Shown: positions 35,930 through 44,427, counted from the stretch's first letter. The stretch: DNA of 64,000 nucleotides from Ktedonobacterales bacterium (GCA_035763125.1 DASUBU010000211.1:2134-66133); one strand, 5' to 3'. Numbers and translations are program-made. Notes: generated by a model not told the origin, from the sequence alone.

Positions 35930-36259
35930 ATGGCGCTGGACGGCGACGAGCGCGACAACACGCGCGCGAAGATTATGGAAGCACTGAAGAACGTCTACGA
36001 TCCCGAGCTAGGCGTGAACGTGGTGGACCTCGGCCTAGTCTACGATGTTGAGCTGCAACCCGAGGGCCACGTCTTGATTACTATGACACTCACCACGCCA
36101 GGCTGCCCGATGCACGAGTCCATCGGGATGGGTGTCTCCGCCGCGCTGGATACTGTGCCGGGCATCACCGGCGGCGAGATTCGCATTGTCTGGAACCCAC
36201 CCTGGGAGCCGGCTATGATGACGGAGGAGGGCCGCCGCCAACTGGGCTTCTGGGACTGA
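35930..36259 (+). CDS. DUF59 / MIP18-family metal-sulfur cluster assembly factor (SufT/PaaD-like)
   Basis: IMEALKNVYDPELGVNVVDLGLVYDVE......ITMTLTTPGCPMHE. Confidence 0.8.
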   Translation: MALDGDERDNTRAKIMEALKNVYDPELGVNVVDLGLVYDVELQPEGHVLITMTLTTPGCPMHESIGMGVSAALDTVPGITGGEIRIVWNPPWEPAMMTEEGRRQLGFWD

Positions 36260-36402
36260 TGCTGATTCCGGCATGTTCAACACGTTCGTCGCAGCGTGGC
36301 AGTTGCCTATACTCGAAACGGTCGAATGTAGAGCGATATCAAGCCGACCTCGATACGTGTCCTCGTTGCCCCCACGCGACGAGTCACGCAGCCACCATCG
36401 CC

Positions 36403-37110
36403 TCAATACTCATGAGCAGCCGCCACACAGCCGCCCGCGTCAGTGTAGAGCGGCGTAGTGTCCACCGGCCGATTGCGATCGGGATTGAGCACGATGCTGT
36501 CGTTCTCCGCCTGATCTTTGGTGGCGTCGTTCTCACAGGCCACCACGCCGGATCGCAGCGAAGGGGGCATGTACAGGTCAACGTGGTGGAAGTGATCGGC
36601 GCCCCAGTCAGCCTCGCACTCGACGCATTGGTCTTCCATGATGAAGTACTTGTGCCAGCGCGGCGCATACACGATGGTGCCGACTGGCAGCCAGCGCTCG
36701 TCGGCAGCCAGGGTGATGGGATCGGCGTAGGTGCCGGTGCCGCCGGCTCGCGCGTGTTTCCCCTGCGGCGCCGGGTAGGCGATGTTACGCGAGCCGGCGG
36801 GATCGTTATCGGCCGCGGCGTAGAATGTCTGCCAGACCTTCTGCGTGGTTCCCCGCCGGCTTGGTGGCGTCGTTGGGCGGGGGGTGGCGCTGCTCGCACC
36901 TGTAGCGGTAGCGGTGGGCTCCGGCGTCCCCATGCCGTTTGCGGTGCCTGACGCGATCGCGGTGGCAGCGGCGGCCGTGGCGGTGGCTCCGCTGCTTCCA
37001 TGTGGCGCGCGGCCAGCGCCCGTGCCAGCGGCGCCGGATGGGAAGGTGGTGGCACATGCCTGGAGGACCAGCAGCACGAGCGACAAAGCGAGCACGCGGT
37101 AGCGATTCAT
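36403..37110 (-). CDS. Secreted protein with a Thr/Ala-rich linker and a possible 3D/DPBB-fold (MltA-like) C-terminal domain
   Basis: N-terminus MNRYRVLALSLVLLVLQAC, which is lipobox-like. C-terminal part AGGTGTYADPITLAADERWLPVGTIVYAP.WHKYFIMEDQC..C....HVDLYM. The fold assignment is tentative. Confidence 0.5.
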   Translation of the reverse strand: MNRYRVLALSLVLLVLQACATTFPSGAAGTGAGRAPHGSSGATATAAAATAIASGTANGMGTPEPTATATGASSATPRPTTPPSRRGTTQKVWQTFYAAADNDPAGSRNIAYPAPQGKHARAGGTGTYADPITLAADERWLPVGTIVYAPRWHKYFIMEDQCVECEADWGADHFHHVDLYMPPSLRSGVVACENDATKDQAENDSIVLNPDRNRPVDTTPLYTDAGGCVAAAHEY

Positions 37111-37198
37111 GATGAGCACCCAGCCAGTGAACGAGCAGCACTCTTGCGGCGTTATTGCCAATCTCAGCCATGCTACCCCGCACACTGGCGCGTGCTGA

Positions 37199-37399
37199 CA
37201 AAAGTACTGGGAGCGGTCTAATGCAGACGACTGGCTCAACCGCTTTCGGCGCCTCAGCGTCCGCTACGCGCGCAGCGCCAACATCCATCAGGCGTTCCTC
37301 TCCCTTGGCCGCTCGCTTATCTGCTGGCAGACGTTGTATAGGCAAGGGATGCAATGCCACCGGGGAGAAGACCGGCAATCAACCGCGACAGATTTCTGA
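37199..37399 (+). pseudogene. Relic of the C-terminus of an IS5-family (DDE) transposase
   Basis: Hand translation gives KYWERSNADDWLNRFRRLSVRYARSANIHQAFLSLGRSLICWQTL. This matches the conserved C-terminal block of IS5-family transposases (Y..RN..E..FN.LK.FRR.ATRY.K...N). There is no upstream catalytic part. Confidence 0.55.
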
Positions 37400-37487
37400 G
37401 GGGACACCTGCCGCGCGCGGCGCTATCGTTGGGGGGATGCGCGCACATGCTGCCGTGCGGCGCGCTCTCATTGGAGGGGAGGATGAC

Positions 37488-37985
37488 ATGGCGGAAGGGC
37501 GCCCCCCGCGGTTAATTCTGCTGTGCGGACTGCCTGGCGTGGGGAAGACAACGCTCGCTCGACGGCTGGCGGATGAAGTCTCAGCCGTACGTCTGGGCGC
37601 CGACGAGTGGATGGCACACCTGGGCATCAATTTGCATGACGAGGCGATGCGCGACCGGCTCGAACGGTTGTTGTGGCAGCTCGCCCAAGACCTCCTCCGG
37701 CTCGGCCAGAGTGTCATCCTGGAGTGCGGGTTCTGGGCACGCGTGGAGCGAGACGAGAAACGGCTCGGCGCCCGTGCGCTGGGAGCGGGCGTGGAGCTCT
37801 ACTATCTCGATGTGCCCATCGAGGAGCTCTGGCGGCGGATCGAGCAGCGCAATGCCGAGAGCACCGTCGGGAGCGTGCCGATCACGCGCGAGCAGTTCGA
37901 CAGCTACCTGCCCTACTTTGAGGCACCGCAGCGCGCTGAGCTCGATCTGTTCGATGACCCTGCCGTTGCTTCGACTGATCCATAG
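37488..37985 (+). CDS. P-loop kinase-like ATP-binding protein (AAA_33 / zeta-toxin-like fold)
   Basis: LILLCGLPGVGKTTLARRLA. ATG at 37488 preceded by GGAGGGGAGGA. Confidence 0.65.
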   Translation: MAEGRPPRLILLCGLPGVGKTTLARRLADEVSAVRLGADEWMAHLGINLHDEAMRDRLERLLWQLAQDLLRLGQSVILECGFWARVERDEKRLGARALGAGVELYYLDVPIEELWRRIEQRNAESTVGSVPITREQFDSYLPYFEAPQRAELDLFDDPAVASTDP

Positions 37986-38093
37986 CCAGCGCACGATGCG
38001 AGCCGATGTCACCGTCCCAACAGCCTCCGCGGCCTGCATGCATGCGCAGCCCTAGCACAGCTCAGAGATGGCGAGATGCGTGTTAACCTGGGT

Positions 38094-39473
38094 TCAGCGG
38101 CGCAGCACCGCGAAGACGTTCGCCGCCGCCAGCGCCAGCCCGGCGCCCAGCGCGGCGCACGCGAGGCGTAGCGGCCAGAGCCAGCCTGCCGGGGCGCAGA
38201 GGACCGCGCAGAGCAGTCCGACGTTGATCAGCCACCAGCTCGCCTCGGCCCAGCGGCTATGGATCATGTCGCGCATCAGCGGCACCTGACGCCGGCCCAC
38301 CAGCGGGGCGTAGCGCTCCTGCCACAGCAGGAACGGCACGATCTTGTAGAGGTACCCGACTGTGCTTTGGCCCAGCCAGCCGACGAAGGCCGCCAGCCCG
38401 AGCGCGAAGAGCAACGGAGGCGTGGTCTGGCCAGAGACCACCACAGCCACCCCAACCGGCGTGAGGATTACCAGCCACGCCACCGCGGCGATGCCGTGGC
38501 GCTGGGTCACGTCGAGCGGCTTGCGCCGCCGGGCGCGCAGCATGCGCCGGTAGTCGTACGCGAAGAGCCACACGGCGCCACAGAAGACGGCGCCGCCCGC
38601 CGCCACGAGCGCGCCGATCCCCATCACGAAGCCGGCTGCCATCGTGAGCAGGCCACCATTGAGCAGCGCGAAGACCCAGCGTCCGAGCCGGTCGTCGTGG
38701 CTGTGGGCGAGCGCGAACATGCGCACCAACGTATACGAGACGCCCATCAGCGTGCAGGTCAGCCAGCCAGCCACGCCCAGCGCGATGTGTGCCGGGAGCA
38801 CGCGTCCCAACCCCGTACCGAGGAAGCCGAGCCGCAGATCGAGGGCGGCTGTCAGGCCAAGCGCGACGACGGCACAGAGATAGCCAGCCGCCGCGGCCAG
38901 ATAGCGTGCCGTCAGCGGGCGCTGGCGCGCGCTGGCGATCGTCATCCACAGCACGGCCACATGGTGCCCGATAGCCACGAGCACGAGCGTGCCCCCCGCG
39001 GCGATCGCCAGCGGCTGCATGATCCAGAAGCCGGAGACCAGGATCGCGACACCCGTTACGAACACGGGGTATTCCCAGCGGACCAGCCGCGTCGCACGCA
39101 GCGGCGCGACCAGCACAACTGGCGCAAGCTGGAGCGACGCCCCCAGGATGATCATCGTGAGCCAGCCGAGGGTGGCGACATGAACCAGCGCCAGGACATG
39201 CGGCGCCAGCGGGCCGGCGGTTGCGTCAGCGGCAAGCCAGGGGAGCGCCAGGCCAAAGAGCGCCGCGGCGCCGATGCCCGTCAGCAGAAACGGCAACGGC
39301 ACGCTGAGTGGCACACCACCGCGTGTTCCCATGCCGCCCAGCCCCGAGACGGTGATGCCAGGGGTGGCCGCGGCGCGCATCGGCGCGGGTGCGGCGGGAG
39401 GGGGGGCGTGCGGAGAACCACCATTGGAAGGCGCGGGCGCCGCTGGACGCCCGTCTTGCTGCTGCATCGCCAT
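38094..39473 (-). CDS. Uncharacterised polytopic membrane protein (about 12 TM)
   Basis: The hydrophobic profile extends across the whole ORF. Recurrent motif H..(A/G).GW....(L/M)G.....(V/A)P. Probably co-transcribed with the DUF2249 gene immediately upstream. The start is ATG 39473, with 39503 as the alternative. Confidence 0.7.
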   Translation of the reverse strand: MAMQQQDGRPAAPAPSNGGSPHAPPPAAPAPMRAAATPGITVSGLGGMGTRGGVPLSVPLPFLLTGIGAAALFGLALPWLAADATAGPLAPHVLALVHVATLGWLTMIILGASLQLAPVVLVAPLRATRLVRWEYPVFVTGVAILVSGFWIMQPLAIAAGGTLVLVAIGHHVAVLWMTIASARQRPLTARYLAAAAGYLCAVVALGLTAALDLRLGFLGTGLGRVLPAHIALGVAGWLTCTLMGVSYTLVRMFALAHSHDDRLGRWVFALLNGGLLTMAAGFVMGIGALVAAGGAVFCGAVWLFAYDYRRMLRARRRKPLDVTQRHGIAAVAWLVILTPVGVAVVVSGQTTPPLLFALGLAAFVGWLGQSTVGYLYKIVPFLLWQERYAPLVGRRQVPLMRDMIHSRWAEASWWLINVGLLCAVLCAPAGWLWPLRLACAALGAGLALAAANVFAVLRR

Positions 39474-39613
39474 GACGCCATCGCTCCTCACGTGTGGGCG
39501 CAAGACTGCTCGTATCTGGCATACCCCTTTGGGGCGAGTGGAAGCGCGCCGCAGTCAGCGGGAGCGTGCCGCTCTGCCGCTCTCTGTTTCTTCCGCGGTC
39601 TTGAGAGGGGCGC

Positions 39614-39883
39614 TTAGCGCGCGGCAGCCGGCTCGCGTGTGAAGCGCACGATCCACTCGTCGGCGGCCACGCGCTCCGTCTCGTAGGTGAAGCCGCGGCC
39701 GCCGAGCACGCCATAGAGCGGTTGCGGCTCGAAGGGCGCGATCAGCACGAAGGCCTCGCCCGGCTGCAGCCTCTCGGCGGCCTCCAGAATCCGCACGAAC
39801 GGCTCATCGCCGCGCTCCAGATCGGGCCGCACGTCCACAATCTCGCGCGCGTGGGCTTGCCAGGTCTCGCTCAGCGTCGTCAT
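39614..39883 (-). CDS. DUF2249 domain protein (second copy)
   Basis: REIVDVRPDLERGDEPFVRILEAAERLQPGEAFVLIAPFEPQPLYGVL. ATG at 39883 preceded by GGAGGAG. Confidence 0.75.
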   Translation of the reverse strand: MTTLSETWQAHAREIVDVRPDLERGDEPFVRILEAAERLQPGEAFVLIAPFEPQPLYGVLGGRGFTYETERVAADEWIVRFTREPAAAR

Positions 39884-40004
39884 CGTTGTTCTCCTCCGCG
39901 AACGGTCGCATAGCATGTCGGTGTCGTCATGTGGACCCTCGCCGCCGGACCCGAACGACCGCCGCCTTGCGCTGGTACCGTATCGTAGGCGACACTGAGG
40001 GTGC

Positions 40005-40020
40005 AGCGACCTTTGTCGCA
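40005..40020. promoter_or_regulatory. CRP/FNR-type palindrome AGCGACCTTTGTCGCA (site 2)
   Basis: 15 of 16 positions identical to site 1. Lies in the divergent region between the DUF2249 start (39883, minus strand) and the crp/fnr start (40090, plus strand). Confidence 0.6.
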
Positions 40021-40089
40021 TCTTGGTGAAATGTGGAGGTGTTGCCCGCGCACACCGCGCGGCTTGCCGGAAGGCGAGGCGAGGCCTGT

Positions 40090-40755
40090 ATGCCGATTGA
40101 GCTCGACGTGCTCCGGCGGATTCCGCTCTTTGCCGAGCTGGAGCCCGCGGACCTGACGCACGTAGCCGCCGTGACACGCGAGCGCCGCTATGACCGCGGC
40201 GAAATCATCCTGGTCGAAGGGGAGCGCGCGGGAGCGTTCCAGTACGTCTATTCCGGGCTGGTCAAGGTCTACAAGACCTCGCCGGAGGGCAAGGAACAGG
40301 TGCTGCGGCTGATCGGATCGGGCCACACCTTCAACGACGTGCCCGCGTTCGATGGCGGGCCCAATCCTGCCAGCGCCGCCGCCATGGAGCCAAGCGTCAT
40401 CTATTCGGTGGGCCGCGCACAGCTTCAGCAGCTCATGCTGGAGCGCCCCGCCATCGCCGCGGGGGCCGTTCGCACGCTGGCGAGCGCGCTGCGCCACCTC
40501 GTCTCGCTGGTTGAGGATCTCTCGTTCCGCCACGTCACAGAGCGCGTTGCCAAGATTCTGCTCGACCAGGAAGAAGCGGCTGCCGAGGGCCAGCCGCCGC
40601 ACCGGCTGACGCAACAAGAGATGGCCGCGATGGCTGGCACCGCCCGCGAGATGGTCGGTCGTGCGCTCAAAGACCTGGAGGCATCCGGCGCGATTGCCAT
40701 GCGCCAGGGACGGGCCGTGGTGCTCGACCGCGAGCGCCTGCGCCTGCTCGCTTAA
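40090..40755 (+). CDS. Crp/Fnr-family transcriptional regulator
   Basis: cNMP-binding-like N-terminus: LRRIPLFAELEPADLTHVAAVTRERRYDRGEIILVEGE. C-terminal HTH: LTQQEMAAMAGTAREMVGRALKDLEASG. No N-terminal Cys cluster is visible, so it is probably not an O2-sensing [4Fe-4S] FNR. Confidence 0.85.
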   Translation: MPIELDVLRRIPLFAELEPADLTHVAAVTRERRYDRGEIILVEGERAGAFQYVYSGLVKVYKTSPEGKEQVLRLIGSGHTFNDVPAFDGGPNPASAAAMEPSVIYSVGRAQLQQLMLERPAIAAGAVRTLASALRHLVSLVEDLSFRHVTERVAKILLDQEEAAAEGQPPHRLTQQEMAAMAGTAREMVGRALKDLEASGAIAMRQGRAVVLDRERLRLLA

Positions 40756-40836
40756 GCGCTCGCGTATCTCAAACGCATCACGCTCCTTCTCGTATGCCTC
40801 ACGCTCGCATCACGCTTCGACTGCACACTCAGAGTT

Positions 40837-40852
40837 TGTGACTTTTGTCACT
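40837..40852. promoter_or_regulatory. CRP-type palindrome TGTGACTTTTGTCACT (site 3), upstream of nirK
   Basis: Matches TGTGA-N6-TCACA at 9 of 10 positions and shares the GAC-YTTT-GTC core with sites 1 and 2. Lies 107 bp upstream of the nirK ATG. Confidence 0.6.
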
Positions 40853-40958
40853 CTCGTCCATTCTCCCTCCGCACTACGCTGCGAACCAATGCATCGTTGA
40901 CATTGTTCGCCCGGCCTCACTCGCCTCAAGGGGCCAGTGGCGTGAGAGGGAGAGACAG

Positions 40959-42185
40959 ATGAGCAAGCAGCTCTTGGACAAGCCCGACTCGGTGGAGGCG
41001 GGCGCTGACGGAGCAAAATCCATCCGAGCAGCGGCACCGACACCAACAGCGGCCGCACCAACAGCGACCACGACGCCGAGAGCGACGCCAACCGTGACCG
41101 CGACCCGCGTCGCGCCTCGTCCCTCCGGCCAGGAGATGTCCGCCTGGTGGCGCGAGGACAGCAGCAAACGACTGAAGGTGACGGCTGCCGGCTCAGTCGC
41201 TGGTCTGCTGATCCTGGTTGCGCTGGTCGTCGCGCTGATCGCCAATGCCGGCGGCGGTACACAGACGGCCTCCAACACGAGCGGGATGACTGGGATGAGC
41301 GGCGCAAGCAATACCAGCCCCATCACCACCAGCCCCAATGCGCCGGCACATCAGCTGTACAATCCGGCGCTGCCGCCTGTGGCGCAAGGCGACACCGTCA
41401 ATGTCACACTGACCGCCAAGGAATCGTTGATTAGCATCTCGAAGGGCATCGCCTACCACGCCTGGACCTTCAACGGCACAGTGCCGGGGCCTGCGCTGCA
41501 CGTGCGGCAGGGCCAGCGCATCCACTTCACGCTGGTCAACGGCACCAACATGCCGCACTCGATTGACTTCCACGCCGCGCAAACGCCCTGGAACGTGAAC
41601 TACAAGCCAATTGGGCCGGGCCAGAGCTTCAGCTTCGACTGGACCGCCAATTATCCTGGCGTCTTCATGTATCACTGCGGCACGCCGCCCGTCATGGAGC
41701 ACATCGCCAACGGCATGTACGGCGCGATCATCGTTGATCCGGCCAATGGCTGGGCGCCCGCGCAGGAATACGTGCTGGTGCAGAGCGAGTTCTACCTCCA
41801 GAAGCAGGCGGATGGCAGCTACGTCTACAATGCCACCAAGGCGATGGCCAGCACCCCCGACTTCGTGGTCTTTAACGGCTACGACGGCCAGTATCGCGAC
41901 CAGCCGATCCAGGTCAAAGCTGGGCAGCGCGTTCGCCTCTACATTGTCAACGCCGGACCGTCCGCCTTCTCAGGCTTCCACGTGATCGGCGGGATCTTCA
42001 GTGATGTCTATGCTGACGGCAACCCTGCCAACCACACGGTCGGCGACCAGACGGTTACCATTCCGCCAGGTGGCGGCACGGTGGTGGAGCTGACGATGCC
42101 CGAGGCCGGCCAGTATCCCTTCGTCACACACGCCTTCTCCGCGGCCATGAAGGGCGCCATCGGGGTCCTCCAGGCGTCGAAGTAG
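40959..42185 (+). CDS. nirK: Copper-containing nitrite reductase (NirK), N-terminally membrane-anchored
   Basis: Cu ligands NMPHSIDFHAA, FMYHCGTPPVMEHIANGMYG, FSGFHVIGG and FVTHAF. N-terminal TM helix VAGLLILVALVVALIA after a Thr/Ala-rich segment. Confidence 0.85.
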   Translation: MSKQLLDKPDSVEAGADGAKSIRAAAPTPTAAAPTATTTPRATPTVTATRVAPRPSGQEMSAWWREDSSKRLKVTAAGSVAGLLILVALVVALIANAGGGTQTASNTSGMTGMSGASNTSPITTSPNAPAHQLYNPALPPVAQGDTVNVTLTAKESLISISKGIAYHAWTFNGTVPGPALHVRQGQRIHFTLVNGTNMPHSIDFHAAQTPWNVNYKPIGPGQSFSFDWTANYPGVFMYHCGTPPVMEHIANGMYGAIIVDPANGWAPAQEYVLVQSEFYLQKQADGSYVYNATKAMASTPDFVVFNGYDGQYRDQPIQVKAGQRVRLYIVNAGPSAFSGFHVIGGIFSDVYADGNPANHTVGDQTVTIPPGGGTVVELTMPEAGQYPFVTHAFSAAMKGAIGVLQASK

Positions 42186-42243
42186 ACCGCCGCGTCACCC
42201 GCTACGGGCAGTAAGCCACTCGGCAGATAACCCATCGCAATCG

Positions 42244-42271
42244 CTCGGGCCTCCCTTCGCGGAGGCCCGAG
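42244..42271. terminator. Strong GC hairpin between the convergent nirK and LLM oxidoreductase genes (putative bidirectional terminator)
   Basis: ctcgggcctcc-cttcgc-ggaggcccgag, a perfect 11-bp stem. There is no clear U-tract. Confidence 0.5.
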
Positions 42272-42386
42272 TCGTGGTGGTGGAAATGGCAGCATACTCA
42301 GTTCGCGGGGCGTGCTCATGGCAGTCGCGCTGGCCGAGACGCTTGGGTCCGGCTTCCGGAGGCTCCTGTCCGCCCCAGCCTACGGG

Positions 42387-43325
42387 TTAGCGGATGATCT
42401 CTCGCGCGAAGAAGCGAAGCGGCTCCAGGTCCAGCACGTCGGGGAAGCTGAGGACGACCTCCTGAACGCCGGCTGCCTCGAGCTCGTCCAGACGCGGGCG
42501 GATCATATCGGGGGTGCCGATCAGCGCGCCTGCGTAGACCGGGCGGGAGAGCAGCTCGAAGGGAATCTTCGCTCGCGCCTGCTCTTCGGTCTCCCCAATG
42601 GCGCAAGGAAGTCCTGCCGTGCGGTGGATGGCGCGGTAATCCCGCCCAACAATCTCGCAATGGCGTTTCAGGACGGCCAGCTTATGCTGAATCGCCGGCA
42701 CATCCCCGGTGATGTTGCAGGCGTCTCCGTACTGCGCGACCAGCTTGAGCGTCACCTGCTCGCCGCCGCCGGCGATCAGCAGAGGAATGTGAGGCTTCTG
42801 GACTCCTTTGGGCTGGTTGATGGCGCCGCGCACGTGGTAGTACTGGCCCTCGAAGACTGCTTCGTCCTGCGTCCACATCGCCAGGATGATCTTCACCGCC
42901 TCGCGCAGCCTTCGCAAGCGTTCCGCCGTGTCAGGATAGTTGTAGCCGTAGGCGCGATACTCGTGCTCGTACCATCCCGCGCCAATCCCGCACGTCAGCC
43001 GCCCATGCGAGAGCACGTCTACGGTACTCGCCATGTGCGCGAGCAGTGCGGGATTGCGATAGCCGTTGCACGTCACCTGGTTGATGCGCACGCGCGTCGT
43101 GTCGCGCGCCAGCGCCGCCGTCGTCGTCCAGCACTCGAACGCCTTTTCCTGCACAGGGCGAGGAACAGTATGGAAGTGATCGGCCAGCCAGACGGAGGAG
43201 AACCCCAGCTCGTCCGCCGTCCGGGCGACACGAGTCATCGCCTCATATGCTTCTACAGGATCGCTGATGCTGGCCAGATCCATGATCCAGCCTTGCGGTA
43301 GAGAGACGCCGAATTGTAGTGGCAT
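42387..43325 (-). CDS. LLM-class (luciferase-like) F420-dependent oxidoreductase
   Basis: FGVSLPQG........MTRVARTADELGFSSVWLADHF. Confidence 0.75.
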   Translation of the reverse strand: MPLQFGVSLPQGWIMDLASISDPVEAYEAMTRVARTADELGFSSVWLADHFHTVPRPVQEKAFECWTTTAALARDTTRVRINQVTCNGYRNPALLAHMASTVDVLSHGRLTCGIGAGWYEHEYRAYGYNYPDTAERLRRLREAVKIILAMWTQDEAVFEGQYYHVRGAINQPKGVQKPHIPLLIAGGGEQVTLKLVAQYGDACNITGDVPAIQHKLAVLKRHCEIVGRDYRAIHRTAGLPCAIGETEEQARAKIPFELLSRPVYAGALIGTPDMIRPRLDELEAAGVQEVVLSFPDVLDLEPLRFFAREIIR

Positions 43326-43506
43326 GCACACCCCAGCATTCTACTGACTGATCGAGCAGCACTCCCCTGCCCGCTGGGAGCTATTCGCGCCAGCACACGA
43401 ATGGCCTCGCGCGTAGTTGCTCCACCTGAGTATGCTTGCCGTGTGATAATGGGACCAGAGTCTCTCGATCATAGGTCTCGGACCACCACTATGAGGAGCG
43501 GCCGCG

Positions 43507-44337
43507 ATGCAGGAGCGCGATCGTCGCCAGGCCCTCGCCGATTTCCTGCGCCAGCGACGGGCCAGCCTTACTCCCGCCGATGTGGGGCTGCCAGATGGCC
43601 TCAGGCGTCGAACGCCAGGGCTGCGTCGTGAGGAGGTTGCACAGCTTGCCAGCATCGGCACGTCCTGGTACGTCTGGCTGGAACAGGGGCGCGACGTCCA
43701 CCCGTCAGCTCAGGTCCTGGAAAGCCTCGCTCAGGCGCTCAAGCTTAGCCTGAACGAACGCCGGCATCTGTTCCTGCTGGCTGGGTTGGCCCCGCCCCCA
43801 CAGGGCTCGCCGTCGGAGGAGCGCGTCAGTCCGGCTCTCCGGCGGGTGCTGGATGAGCTCGATCCTGCCCCAGCGTGCGTCATCGGGCGACGGTGGGATT
43901 ATCTGGCCTGGAACAAAGCAGCCGATGCGCTCTATGCTATTTCAGAGGCATCGTCTCCTTACGCGCGCAACGTGGTCTGGCAGCTCTTCACCAGCCTGGC
44001 GCGGCGGAATCGGCCACACTGGGAGCAGATCGCGCAGGCCACTCTGGCGGAGTTTCGCGCGTCCAGCGCCCGCTATCCGGGAGATGGATGGTTTGAGGAG
44101 CTCATCGAGGACCTGAAACAGGCGAGCCCGGATTTCTGCCGGCTGTGGCCTCATCACGAAGTGCGCCGCTCGCTCGACGGCCACAAGATCATAGAGCATG
44201 CGACGCTGGGTCGCCTGGAGTTCGAGCACATCAACTTGCAGGTGCTCAGCGAGCCGGATATCCGCATCATGATCTACATGCCCGACGCCACGACGCGCGC
44301 GAAATTCGAGCAGTATCTCGCGGCAGCGCAAGGCTGA
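43507..44337 (+). CDS. XRE-type HTH regulator with an MmyB-like ligand-binding domain
   Basis: LADFLRQRRASLTPADVGLP.G.RRRTPGLRREEVAQLASIGTSWYVWLEQGR. Confidence 0.75.
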   Translation: MQERDRRQALADFLRQRRASLTPADVGLPDGLRRRTPGLRREEVAQLASIGTSWYVWLEQGRDVHPSAQVLESLAQALKLSLNERRHLFLLAGLAPPPQGSPSEERVSPALRRVLDELDPAPACVIGRRWDYLAWNKAADALYAISEASSPYARNVVWQLFTSLARRNRPHWEQIAQATLAEFRASSARYPGDGWFEELIEDLKQASPDFCRLWPHHEVRRSLDGHKIIEHATLGRLEFEHINLQVLSEPDIRIMIYMPDATTRAKFEQYLAAAQG

Positions 44338-44427
44338 GCGAGCGAGGGTGCGCAGAGTGCTGGAATTGTGCGCTATGCTATCCCCATTCCTGTCTCATCG
44401 TCTCTCGTCCCGTTAGGAGTCTCCTGC

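Noticed and set aside
37192-37207. Fourth possible CRP-type site (AGTACTTTTGTCAGC on the minus strand) upstream of the secreted 3D-like protein gene
   Set aside because: Only one half-site (GTCAG vs GTCRC) and the T-rich spacer match. The other arm, AGTAC, deviates at two core positions, which is too weak to include.
38094-39473. Idea that the membrane protein is a heme-copper oxidase / NorB-type NO reductase or NnrS
   Set aside because: By eye, the number and spacing of histidines (HVLALVH, GHH, AHIALG, AHSH) do not reproduce the six-His HCO pattern (helix II, VI, VII HH, X H.H). I could not find an NnrS signature either. I keep it as a hypothesis to test, not as a call.
38259-39617. 452-aa plus-strand ORF opposite the polytopic membrane protein
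   Set aside because: The translation is highly charged junk (R/E/D/H/Q-rich). The minus-strand frame gives a coherent 12-TM hydrophobic profile and sits in an operon-like position after DUF2249.
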